Source: Polyangiales bacterium (GTDB lineage Bacteria; Myxococcota_A; Polyangia; Polyangiales; Houyiibacteriaceae). Taken from it: a stretch of 23,861 nucleotides of DNA. A program made the translations under genes and the position numbers. The notes beneath the pieces were generated by a model, which was given only the letters and a program-made list of their open reading frames with translations, searched no databases and was not told the origin of the DNA. The stretch spans positions 1 to 23,861 of the forward strand of contig JBGCFM010000233.1 in the NCBI GenBank assembly GCA_045106895.1, read 5' to 3'. Positions 8,432 to 16,717 of the stretch are shown here, piece by piece. Each line of letters begins with the position of its first letter. The first letter of the stretch is position 1.

Positions 8432-9409
8432 ATGAAGAGCAAACGAATCGGGGTTCTCTTGGGCGGTCTAGGCCCAGAACGTGAGGTCTCGCTGCAGACA
8501 GGTGACGCGATTCACGCTGCACTCGTCCGCTCGGGTTACGACGCGATCAAGGTATATGTCGACAACGACATCGACCGTGTTCTGCGCCAGACGCCCATCG
8601 ACGTAGCGTTTATCGCGCTACACGGCGCATACGGGGAAGACGGTTGCATTCAGGGACTCCTGGAGTTGCTGAATATTCCGTACACGGGAAGCGGTGTTCT
8701 TGGGAGCGCGCTCGCCATGGACAAGCTGAAGTCGAAGGAGCTCTTCCGGCTCTACAATGTACCGACGCCCCCGTACTACTCGGTGGATTCCTCGGACCTC
8801 GATCGGCTCGAGGAACGTCATGGGTCCTTCGGTTTTCCGGCGTTTGTAAAACCACGGCGCGCTGGCTCCAGCGTAGGAGCCGGCAAGGCGAGCGACCTTG
8901 GCGAGCTACAGTCACGATGTGACGACGCCGCGCCGTTCGACTCGTCGATCCTGGTGGAGCGTTTCATTGAAGGCCGCGAAGTCGCCGTGGGTGTTCTCGA
9001 CGGGAAAGCACTCGGCGCCATCGAGATCGCGCCGAACGGGAACTTCTACGACTACAAGTCGAAGTACCAGTCAGGTCAGAGCGAATACCACTATCCAGCG
9101 CGCTTGAGCCCAACGCGCTACAAGGGTGTCTTGAACCTTGCGGAGCGCGCCGTGCAGTGTCTCGGCGCGACGGGGGTGACGCGCGTCGACATGCTCGTGA
9201 CCGAAGGCGAGAACGAATACGTTCTTGAGGTCAACACTCTTCCAGGCATGACCCCATTGAGCCTTCTCCCGAAGATCGCGGCTGGAAACGGCTACTCCTT
9301 CGACGCTCTCTGCGAAGCGATCCTTGAACGCGCGACCTTGGGCACACGCATCGCTGCAGCCCCCGGCCCGCTCAGGGTCCCATCCGCAGCTCGCGTAGCT
9401 CTCGACTGA
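8432..9409 (+). CDS. ddl: D-alanine--D-alanine ligase
   Basis: GGLGPEREVSL, LHGAYGEDGCIQG, YTGSGVLGSALAMDK, GSSVG, FYDYKSKY (omega loop), EVNTLPGMT. Start ATG 8432, or 8423. Confidence 0.95.
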   Translation: MKSKRIGVLLGGLGPEREVSLQTGDAIHAALVRSGYDAIKVYVDNDIDRVLRQTPIDVAFIALHGAYGEDGCIQGLLELLNIPYTGSGVLGSALAMDKLKSKELFRLYNVPTPPYYSVDSSDLDRLEERHGSFGFPAFVKPRRAGSSVGAGKASDLGELQSRCDDAAPFDSSILVERFIEGREVAVGVLDGKALGAIEIAPNGNFYDYKSKYQSGQSEYHYPARLSPTRYKGVLNLAERAVQCLGATGVTRVDMLVTEGENEYVLEVNTLPGMTPLSLLPKIAAGNGYSFDALCEAILERATLGTRIAAAPGPLRVPSAARVALD

Positions 9410-9414
9410 GCGCT

Positions 9415-10224
9415 TTAGTGAACCGAGTGTGAGCGGTCCCCCAGCCACAAGCCGGGGGTTCCGCCCGCGCGCTCTTCCGTCGCGCGATAGAGACGCATTC
9501 GAACGCTTCCCTCTCCCTCGAGGCGGACGCGATGGTGTGTTTGTGTTGCTGCGCACCATTGAAGCATCGCCGGGTCCCCCGCGCCACGAACCGCTTCGCC
9601 TACGTCGGACACAACCTGCGCCCGCACAGATGCGTCTTGCGCGACCAGTGTGAAGCAGCCCTCCTCGTCCCCAAGTCCGACCTCCGTCGGCTCTTCGCTG
9701 TTGAGTTCGAAGGTCCATTCGCGGACTTCTCGGTATCCCCGTGTAGCGAGTGCCGATGCGAGCTCTCCTCGCGACTGAGGCGTGTACGTCGCGGCGCCCT
9801 CGCCCAAGTTGTTCAGTTCAAGGGCCTCGGCACTGCGAAAGTGGTGCAAGGTGGCCGCGCCTGCTCCGGCGGGTGCGTTCACGCGGGCGAAGACACGTCG
9901 TGCGCCGCAGAGTTGGACCGTGGGCCGCGCGTCCGGGGCTTCATCGGTTACGAGCAACTCCCCTTCTGGTGACCACAGGGCTAGATCGGCATCGCGAACT
10001 CCAGGGGCCACCACGACAAAGAACAGATGGCAGCCGTCGCCCAATTGGAACTCTCGAACGAAACTCCCGCCCGGCGCTAAGAACTCCTCGCTTTGTCCGC
10101 TTGGCCGAGCGCCGCGTTCCAGGGCCCACTCTTCCTGGGCACTCTGAGGAGGGTCTGGCGTGGGCGCAGGAGCCTGGGAAGCGCCACAGGCCACGAGCAA
10201 TAGGCATGCGTATGTCGTCTTCAA
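9415..10224 (-). CDS. Lipoprotein with 2 Cys-paired PPC-like beta-sandwich repeats
   Basis: TTG 10224 overlaps the upstream stop (TTGA) and is preceded by GGGGGA; lipobox CLLLVA|C; GCHLF...VRDADLALWSPEG...PTVQLC. Confidence 0.75.
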   Translation of the reverse strand: MKTTYACLLLVACGASQAPAPTPDPPQSAQEEWALERGARPSGQSEEFLAPGGSFVREFQLGDGCHLFFVVVAPGVRDADLALWSPEGELLVTDEAPDARPTVQLCGARRVFARVNAPAGAGAATLHHFRSAEALELNNLGEGAATYTPQSRGELASALATRGYREVREWTFELNSEEPTEVGLGDEEGCFTLVAQDASVRAQVVSDVGEAVRGAGDPAMLQWCAATQTHHRVRLEGEGSVRMRLYRATEERAGGTPGLWLGDRSHSVH

Positions 10225-11279
10225 AGTTCCCCCACGAATAACCGGACGTCCGAGCCGCCTGCGAAGAAACGTAGCTTGAGCCGCCGCTCGCCCTCGCCGC
10301 AAAACAAGACCTGCGACCATCCCTCCACCCGGCGCTGGCGCAACCCTTCGCCTCGGCCTGCGACGCTAAGAACAGCTCCCCGTCCGAACGCGACAACACG
10401 GTGGCAACCGTGCGCGAAATTCAGGGTCTGTTCCCAGGAATCTCCACCACTACCGTGCACGCGCACGTGGCGCGCAAGGCTCCCTTGCGCCAACGCCTCG
10501 GACCAAAGCGCGCCTGGCACCTGAGGGGGCGCGGAAAACTGCGCACGGCGAAGGACCACCACGCCACCATCCGCGGGACTCATACGCACTTCGAAGTTCG
10601 GTTCATCATCCAAGCAGAACGCCAGCGACGCAGCGCGCCGCCGGATCCGTGGCACTTCGAGTTGGGTGCCTGGCAAAGCGAAGAGCCGAACACAGCCGCT
10701 CGCCTCGACATAAACTTCGCTCCCGCGGAACGTTCCAACGGGCTCCCAGCCGCGGCGAATCCACGGCTGCATGATCGCCCTAGATACATCCGCGGGTTCT
10801 GGGACGGGCGCGGGACCGACATCGAGGGATACCGCGGACACGCCGACGGCCGGTGAAAAGCAGGCCCCGGTGCGGGCTTCCCAAGCGCGCCGCTGGCTCC
10901 CTGCGACTTCCCCGCTTGCGAGGTGAACCTCACCCGCGCCTCGAAGGAGCTCCACAAATACGTGCACTTGCCCCTCAAACCCGCAGCGCAAGACGTAGGC
11001 GGAGTTTGCTTGCTCATCACTCGACGCCAGCGCCTCTCCATTGTCGGCGAGCAACGTCAGCCGCAAGCGCGCATGCAGCGGAGCCACGGCAACGGCGGCG
11101 ACGCAACCTGCTGCTACCGTCGCGAAGGAGGCGTTTTCTCCTTCCGTCAGAAACGCCTGGTGTGCCTGACCCGAAACCTGCGTCACGTGTTGCGCTTCGA
11201 CCAGGCAGTCCTGCGCTGAGGCCGAGATGCTGAGGAAGAGCGAACCCAAAATCACCACGAGCACGAAGACTCTGTTCAT
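10221..11279 (-). CDS. Exported protein with 3 degenerate Cys-paired repeats
   Basis: ATG 11279 in an ATGA overlap; Sec signal MNRVFVLVVILGSLFLSISASA; three GC(V/H)...(L/F)C units. Confidence 0.72.
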   Translation of the reverse strand: MNRVFVLVVILGSLFLSISASAQDCLVEAQHVTQVSGQAHQAFLTEGENASFATVAAGCVAAVAVAPLHARLRLTLLADNGEALASSDEQANSAYVLRCGFEGQVHVFVELLRGAGEVHLASGEVAGSQRRAWEARTGACFSPAVGVSAVSLDVGPAPVPEPADVSRAIMQPWIRRGWEPVGTFRGSEVYVEASGCVRLFALPGTQLEVPRIRRRAASLAFCLDDEPNFEVRMSPADGGVVVLRRAQFSAPPQVPGALWSEALAQGSLARHVRVHGSGGDSWEQTLNFAHGCHRVVAFGRGAVLSVAGRGEGLRQRRVEGWSQVLFCGEGERRLKLRFFAGGSDVRLFVGEL

Positions 11280-12919
11280 GGTGTCATCTCCACGCTGACG
11301 CGCCGGTGGCGAAGCCAATGAAGAACCACGGGCCCATCGCCTCGGTATGGAACCAACTCAACAGTGAGCTCCAAGTCCTCCTCCTCCGCGCAAGGTGCGA
11401 TGCTTGCCCAGGGGGCCGGCCCTGTATCCGAGGCGACGCGCTCTCCGTCCCCGTCGACGGCGATAAGGTCGATGTCCGCGAGCCCCGCATCGCCGGCCAC
11501 CACCAGGCCGACGCACTCGCCCGCCGGAATGCTCAGCACGCGCTCGACGGCGGCGTGTGGATGCGTCTCCACGCGCTCCCGTTCGAACCCGCGTGCGACA
11601 AGGGCCGCGGTGGCGCCTTCGGCCCGAAGCGTGGCGACGTCCGTGATGGAGGCGGGCGCGTCGACCATGACCAGCGCGAAATGACCCTGGCCATACGCCT
11701 TGACCATCAACTGAACTTGCCTTGGCGAATCCAGGCAGGCTCCGACACGAGCGGTTCGACGAACACGAACGTCTCGGTCGAGAGGGGATTGGTCGCCGTC
11801 GCGCAGATAGAGGTCGAGGTCGACTTCGCCCGGGCCGGCGGCGGCGAGAATCCATGCGCAGCCTGCGCCGAAAGGCGCGTCGATAGACAGGGTCTCGCCG
11901 GGGGATACTTGCCCGTCTTGGCGCAGAATGCGGGGCGCTCCAAACCCGCGTTCGTGGAGCGCGTCCGCCGCCTCCGTCACGATGGCGAGGGGTTCGAGCT
12001 CTTGAACCGGCGCCTCGATGGGCGCGTCCTCGGACTCGGGGGGCGGCGGCGCGCTCCACACCATCCAGCCGGCGGCCCCGGCCCCTTCAAACACTCGAAG
12101 CTCCAAGGTTCCTGTTCCCGCGGCACTGGGGCAGTATTCGAGTTGCGGTTCCCCTTCAACGCCAAGGTCACGCGCGACTTCCGCGCCGTCGGGTCCATAG
12201 AGATACAGGTCGAGGTCCTGAATGCCGCGGTCTCCACGGGCCGTGACCAGCAAACATGTGTCGTCACGAAACTCGACGCGTGCACGAGTGACCTGCCCTT
12301 CGGCGAGGCGCATGAAACTCGGACCGTCTTGGGGCGAGAGCCCACGTTCGATTCGGCCACCTCTGCTGCTGGCGAACGCCTCCTCCACAGGACCAAGAGG
12401 CACCACCGGCGGGACAACGTCCTCGAAGAGACGCTCGAAGCCCTCACCTTCTCCGACGTCGGACTCGTAGGCCGCCGCCACCACGCCGCCGGACCCCCGC
12501 TCGGATTCCACGGTCAGATACACACGGGCGAAGTCGCTCTGTGGCGAGAGCTCGGGGCAGTGGTGAACCAGCCCCGCAGCGCCGGCCACCGAGTCGATGG
12601 CCACGAGAAAACCATCCTGGTCATAGAGCCGTAGATGAAGCGCCTGAACATCACCGCCGGCCAACGCGAGCGCCGTCGTGCAGCGTCCGCGCGGCAAATC
12701 GATGGGGAACGCCTCGCCGGCGTCATCCAGGACGAAGGTTCGCTCCAGGGCCACGGCGCTGCCGTATCCTCGCGCGCTCATGCGCCGGCGAACACGACCA
12801 AAGCGGCGGGCGAGTGCGTCGAGGGGACCGAGCTCTCCGCGCGGTGTCGTCGCTTCCGGACGCGGCGGCTCCACGATGGGTGTACACGCCCAAAGAAGCA
12901 GCAGGAGCCAAGCCTTCAC
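11276..12919 (-). CDS. Lipoprotein with 4 Cys-paired PPC-like repeats
   Basis: GTG 12919 in a GTGA overlap; lipobox LLLLWA|C; four units of RG(F/Y/L)...C...DLDLYL..xDG..VAxD...C. Confidence 0.8.
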   Translation of the reverse strand: MKAWLLLLLWACTPIVEPPRPEATTPRGELGPLDALARRFGRVRRRMSARGYGSAVALERTFVLDDAGEAFPIDLPRGRCTTALALAGGDVQALHLRLYDQDGFLVAIDSVAGAAGLVHHCPELSPQSDFARVYLTVESERGSGGVVAAAYESDVGEGEGFERLFEDVVPPVVPLGPVEEAFASSRGGRIERGLSPQDGPSFMRLAEGQVTRARVEFRDDTCLLVTARGDRGIQDLDLYLYGPDGAEVARDLGVEGEPQLEYCPSAAGTGTLELRVFEGAGAAGWMVWSAPPPPESEDAPIEAPVQELEPLAIVTEAADALHERGFGAPRILRQDGQVSPGETLSIDAPFGAGCAWILAAAGPGEVDLDLYLRDGDQSPLDRDVRVRRTARVGACLDSPRQVQLMVKAYGQGHFALVMVDAPASITDVATLRAEGATAALVARGFERERVETHPHAAVERVLSIPAGECVGLVVAGDAGLADIDLIAVDGDGERVASDTGPAPWASIAPCAEEEDLELTVELVPYRGDGPVVLHWLRHRRVSVEMTP

Positions 12920-13404
12920 TCGTCGCCCGTCAGGTCGTCCAAGCGCAAATCAAGGCCTGAAGGCCCTTGAAAACGCCGGACCGAAAAGAGTCCACTTCCC
13001 GTGGCGCGGAGAGCGACGAAGTACACGCCGGACTGGCTCGGGCAGATTCGCACAGCCGGAGAGCCACTGCTTCGTGAGGCTTCAGACCCTGTGCTGTCGT
13101 ACACGACCAGTTCGAAGGCCTCGATGGCCTCAGACCCCGCGGCGACGAAGAGGTGACACGCCCCGCTCTGCAGCGAGACCTCATGCACATCACTGCCTCG
13201 GTGAACAATGAACCCTCTCCATACGCCGTCTTCCGCCGAGAACCCTCTCGCCCGCGCCCGGTCCGCAGCCACGTCGAGCCTCGCCTCTAGCGCGGTGGAG
13301 ACGAACTCCTCGTTCGTGATCTCCGTCACTGGCGCATCGTCCACGGTCTGAGGACACGCGCCGAGGCACAACAAGAGAAGAACGTGGTGGCCCCTGAGGC
13401 TCAT
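12916..13404 (-). CDS. Lipoprotein with 1 Cys-paired PPC-like repeat
   Basis: Lipobox LLCLGA|C; ARGF...GACHLF...FELVVYDSTG...VRICP...GSG. Start ATG 13404, or 13416. Confidence 0.78.
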   Translation of the reverse strand: MSLRGHHVLLLLCLGACPQTVDDAPVTEITNEEFVSTALEARLDVAADRARARGFSAEDGVWRGFIVHRGSDVHEVSLQSGACHLFVAAGSEAIEAFELVVYDSTGSEASRSSGSPAVRICPSQSGVYFVALRATGSGLFSVRRFQGPSGLDLRLDDLTGDE

Positions 13405-13413
13405 AGATTCGCG

Positions 13414-13442
13414 CATATATCAGCCCACCGCGGGGTCCTCAA
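13414..13442 (-). promoter_or_regulatory. Possible sigma70 promoter for the repeat-lipoprotein operon (TTGAGG-17 nt-TATATG)
   Basis: Minus-strand TTGAGG at 13442-13437 and TG-A-TATATG ending at 13414, with a 17-nt spacer. Confidence 0.3.
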
Positions 13443-13459
13443 CCAGGACGGAGACCGCC

Positions 13460-15172
13460 TCAGGACGTGGCGATAGACGCGCCATGCGTCACGCGCACAA
13501 GGTCCCGCAGGTGAGGGAACGCCATATAATGCCGGACGATGGGCTCGGCGAGCTGGACGACGCGGCCGAGCGCTTCCCCCCACTGCCCGTCCAGCACGCG
13601 TGTGGCTTCTCGCAGGCCGTCCTGATCGTGTTCCACCACGGCGGAGAGACCGCCGAGACGGCCCTTGAGTTGAGCGATCTGAAAACGAAGGTCTTCCAGT
13701 TCCTGGCTCAGCGCGCGTTCTTGCCGCTGGGCCGTGCTCAAAAGCGCTCGGGCATCAAGGAGTTCGCCTGCCAGGTCACCGGCGTGGCGCAGTGATGCGA
13801 GAGCGGCGTCATCCCGGCCTGCAACGATCTGTTGTCGAGCCAACGTCACCAATGGGTCCAAACGCTCCACCGCCGCCGCTGCTTCTTGAAGGCGCTTCGG
13901 GAGGTCTTCGAGCACTTGAAGAGTACGCGTCTCATCGCTTGCCAGGGCGTCGATGGCGGAGCCAACGCGAAGGCGGGTGGCACGGGCTTCCTCTTGGTTC
14001 TTGGCGGCTTCTGATGCGTGTCCAGTGAGTGAGCGGCCCACGGACACCAAGTCCGCGGCGCCTTTACGCAGCGAACTCAAACCCTCGATGAGCCAAGGAG
14101 GAGCTCCGTCAGGGTGGGCTCTCGGAGCAAGGTCTTCGAAGGTCCCTACACGTCGCGCCCATCGTTCGGCGGTCTCAAGCGGAGTCGGGTGGTCTGCGGC
14201 TGTGTCCGTGTGCTGCGTCGAGCGAGTCGTGAGTGCCAGGGGAGCGGCGACCGGCGCATCCCTGAGAAACTCCCGAGCGCGCTCTCGAAGCACAAACGCG
14301 TCACTGAGGCGGTCTTCCGGGTCCTTCTGGAGGAGCGTGTCGATCAGCTCTTCCACCGCCTCCGGAATTCCAGGACGAAGCGCGCGCGCCGAGGGTGGTG
14401 GCTCGCGCAAGTGCTTGAAGATGAGCTCCGTTGTGGTTCCGGTGAACGGCAGCTGGCCCGTCAGCATCTCGAAGAGGACCACCCCGAAAGAATACAAGTC
14501 GGTAGCCCCTGTCACCGGCGCCCCCCGCGCCTGTTCCGGCGAGATGTACTCCGGGGTTCCAAATACCGTTCCCGTTGCCGTGACCCGAAGCTCCCCTTTC
14601 ATGTGAGCGAGACCGAAGTCTAAGATTTTGACGAAGTCCCCTTCGTACCCCTCGAGGAGGTAGAGGTTGTCCGGCTTGATGTCCCGGTGGACCACGTCGA
14701 GTTCATGGGCACGCGCGAGCGCCGACGCGATCTGTGATGTGAGCGTCAACGCGCGCCGTAGGGACATCGCCCCGTCCGCGATCACTTCATTGAGCGGGCG
14801 CCCTCGCAAGAACTCCATCACGAGGAAAACCTGTCCATCATCGGTCTCGCCGAAGTCGGTGATGTCGATGATGTGTTCGTGATCGATGCGGTTCGCCGCG
14901 CGGGCCTCGCGCAAGAAACGAGTTCGGTTTCCGGGGTCGTAGGCAAGCTCAGGGCTCAAGAACTTGATGGCGACATCACGACCCACGACTTCGTGGAAAG
15001 CGCGGTACACGATCCCCATACCGCCGGCGCCAATGCGCTCGAGGATGCGGTAACGACCCGCGATCGTCCGTCCGATGAGGGGGTCTGGGACCTCCTCCAT
15101 CACGCCTCCATCGAGCGGACACATCTCCGGTGATCCCCGAAACCGTGCCCCACATATTGTGCAAACCCGCAA
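13460..15172 (-). CDS. Hanks-type Ser/Thr protein kinase with N-terminal zinc ribbon and C-terminal coiled coil
   Basis: IGAGGMGIVY, VAIK, HRDIKPDN, DFG, GTPEYISPEQ, DLYSFG; N-terminal CTIC...CPLDG. Start reassigned to TTG 15172 because the ORF-track start overlaps the divergent Rrf2 gene. Confidence 0.92.
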   Translation of the reverse strand: MRVCTICGARFRGSPEMCPLDGGVMEEVPDPLIGRTIAGRYRILERIGAGGMGIVYRAFHEVVGRDVAIKFLSPELAYDPGNRTRFLREARAANRIDHEHIIDITDFGETDDGQVFLVMEFLRGRPLNEVIADGAMSLRRALTLTSQIASALARAHELDVVHRDIKPDNLYLLEGYEGDFVKILDFGLAHMKGELRVTATGTVFGTPEYISPEQARGAPVTGATDLYSFGVVLFEMLTGQLPFTGTTTELIFKHLREPPPSARALRPGIPEAVEELIDTLLQKDPEDRLSDAFVLRERAREFLRDAPVAAPLALTTRSTQHTDTAADHPTPLETAERWARRVGTFEDLAPRAHPDGAPPWLIEGLSSLRKGAADLVSVGRSLTGHASEAAKNQEEARATRLRVGSAIDALASDETRTLQVLEDLPKRLQEAAAAVERLDPLVTLARQQIVAGRDDAALASLRHAGDLAGELLDARALLSTAQRQERALSQELEDLRFQIAQLKGRLGGLSAVVEHDQDGLREATRVLDGQWGEALGRVVQLAEPIVRHYMAFPHLRDLVRVTHGASIATS

Positions 15173-15268
15173 ACCGCCCCCGAACCTTAGGTTCTCATGG
15201 GTCCTGCAACGGGTCCAGGGCCCTCGCTCGAATTGTCGACCTATCCGATGTATGAAACACTCCGAGCG

Positions 15269-15724
15269 ATGAAGATGTCGAACAAAGCCCGCTACGCCGT
15301 CCGCGCGCTGTTCGACATCGCCTACCACGGGCGGGGAGAAGCCACGCAGGTGAAGGTCATCGCAGAGCGACAGGCCGTGCCGCCGCGCTTCCTGGAGCAG
15401 ATATTTCAGGACTTAAAGCGCGCAAACCTCGTGCATTCGCGCCGTGGCCCTCGCGGTGGGTACGCCCTGATGCGCTCGCCGGAGACCATTCGCATCGGAG
15501 ATGTGATCCGAGCCCTCGAAGGGCCCACCGTGTTCGCTTCGGCGGACGGGGACTCCCCAGACGGCGATGGGGACAGCCGCGCCATCACCGAGGCTGCCTT
15601 CGACGCGCTCGCATCCGCCGTCGACGAAGCGCTGAATTCGAAGACCCTCGCCCAGCTCTGCACGCAGGCAGAAGAATCCAACGTCCGACGAAGCGCTACG
15701 CAGCGATATGTGTATTCGATCTAA
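15269..15724 (+). CDS. Rrf2-family transcriptional regulator, CymR-like (no Fe-S cysteines)
   Basis: MKMSNKARYAVRALFDIA...IAERQAVPPRFLEQIFQDLKRANLVHSRRGPRGGYAL...IRALEGP; only one Cys; ends YVYSI. Confidence 0.9.
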   Translation: MKMSNKARYAVRALFDIAYHGRGEATQVKVIAERQAVPPRFLEQIFQDLKRANLVHSRRGPRGGYALMRSPETIRIGDVIRALEGPTVFASADGDSPDGDGDSRAITEAAFDALASAVDEALNSKTLAQLCTQAEESNVRRSATQRYVYSI

Positions 15725-16431
15725 TGCCGCGGGCTGACTCGACAGTACTGCTCATCGGCGTCGGCGGACTAGGATGCCCGGCGGCCCAGATACTCGCCCA
15801 AAGCGGCGTTGGCACCCTCGTTCTCGTCGACGACGATGTTGTCTCCATTTCCAACCTGCATCGTCAGATTCTCTTCGACGAAGCCGACGTGGGTTGCGCC
15901 AAGGGACCCATCGCCGCCGACAAGCTCAGGGCGATGGGCGCTCACGTCGAGATTCACGAGACACGTTTCCTCCCGGAAAACGCGGAGGATCTTCTTCAGG
16001 GCGTCGACCTCATCGTGGAGGGCGCGGACAACCTCGCGACGAAGTTCCTCGCCGCTGACGCCGCGCAAGTTTGTCAGCTCCCCATCGTTCATGCGGGGGC
16101 CGTCCGATGGGGCGGATGGGCGCTCGCCAGCGACCACAAGGTCGACGAACACTCTCCATGCCTTCGATGTCTCTTTGAGGACGTTCCCGCATCCCAAGTC
16201 GACAACTGTGAGTTCGCGGGTGTCGTGGGCCCCGTCGTGGGCGCCCTTGGCTCCCTGGAGGCGTTGCTTGCGCTTCGACTTCTCGACGGCGAGGACTCGG
16301 GTGGCACCCTCTTTCGACTCGACGGCTTGCGCGCCTCCCTGCGGGAAACGCGCTTCCGATCACGCCCGGACTGTCCGCACAGTCGGGGAGAAATCCAAAC
16401 CCTCACTCGCTCGCGTTACGCAGCACCCTGA
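15724..16431 (+). CDS. HesA/MoeB/ThiF-family E1-like adenylyltransferase lacking the N-terminal RYxRQ helix
   Basis: GVGGLG, DDDVVSISNLHRQ, K, GADN, CLRC, NCEFAGV, CPH. TAATG overlap with the Rrf2 stop. Confidence 0.9.
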   Translation: MPRADSTVLLIGVGGLGCPAAQILAQSGVGTLVLVDDDVVSISNLHRQILFDEADVGCAKGPIAADKLRAMGAHVEIHETRFLPENAEDLLQGVDLIVEGADNLATKFLAADAAQVCQLPIVHAGAVRWGGWALASDHKVDEHSPCLRCLFEDVPASQVDNCEFAGVVGPVVGALGSLEALLALRLLDGEDSGGTLFRLDGLRASLRETRFRSRPDCPHSRGEIQTLTRSRYAAP

Positions 16432-16438
16432 AGACATC

Positions 16439-16717
16439 ATGAGCATCGAAATCCGAATCCCCCCCGCCCTACGCAGCTTCACCGGCGGCAGCGACGAGGT
16501 CACCGTCGAAGGTGCCGACGTTCGCGCCGCCATCGACGCACTCGAAAACGCCCACCCCGGGATCAAAGAACGGATCTGCGGGGCCGATGGGAAGGTGCTG
16601 CGCTTCGTGAACCTCTTCGTCGGCGAAGAAGACATCCGAATGTTGGACGGGCTCGATAGTGTCGTCCCCGAGGGTGAGACCTTGAGCATCATTCCCGCGA
16701 TGGCGGGTGGTCGTTGA
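16439..16717 (+). CDS. Ubiquitin-like sulfur carrier (MoaD/ThiS/CysO family), C-terminus GG-R
   Basis: MSIEIRIPPALRSFTGG...LRFVNLFVGEEDIR...LSIIPAMAGGR, 92 aa, closely resembling mycobacterial CysO. Start ATG 16439; the ORF track is over-extended to 15809. Confidence 0.92.
   Translation: MSIEIRIPPALRSFTGGSDEVTVEGADVRAAIDALENAHPGIKERICGADGKVLRFVNLFVGEEDIRMLDGLDSVVPEGETLSIIPAMAGGR

Noticed and set aside
7212..8435. 407-aa plus-strand ORF ending at the ddl start
   Set aside because: Antisense to a lipoprotein with a lipobox and internal repeats, spans the promoter region, and has no recognisable motifs.
8432..9409. VanA-like D-Ala-D-Lac ligase
   Set aside because: Omega loop YDYxxKY is D-Ala-D-Ala type, and there are no vanH/vanX neighbours.
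11306..12634. 442-aa plus-strand ORF
   Set aside because: Antisense shadow of the four-repeat lipoprotein.
15228..15260. Rrf2 operator candidate AATTGTCGACCTATCCGATGTATGAAA
   Set aside because: Position is suggestive, but there is no convincing dyad symmetry; needs ortholog footprinting.
15809..16438. Long N-terminal extension of the Ubl, or an E1-Ubl frameshift fusion
   Set aside because: The extension is an off-frame Ser/Thr/Arg-rich reading of the E1 gene; the E1 ends cleanly at 16431 and the Ubl fold starts at ATG 16439.
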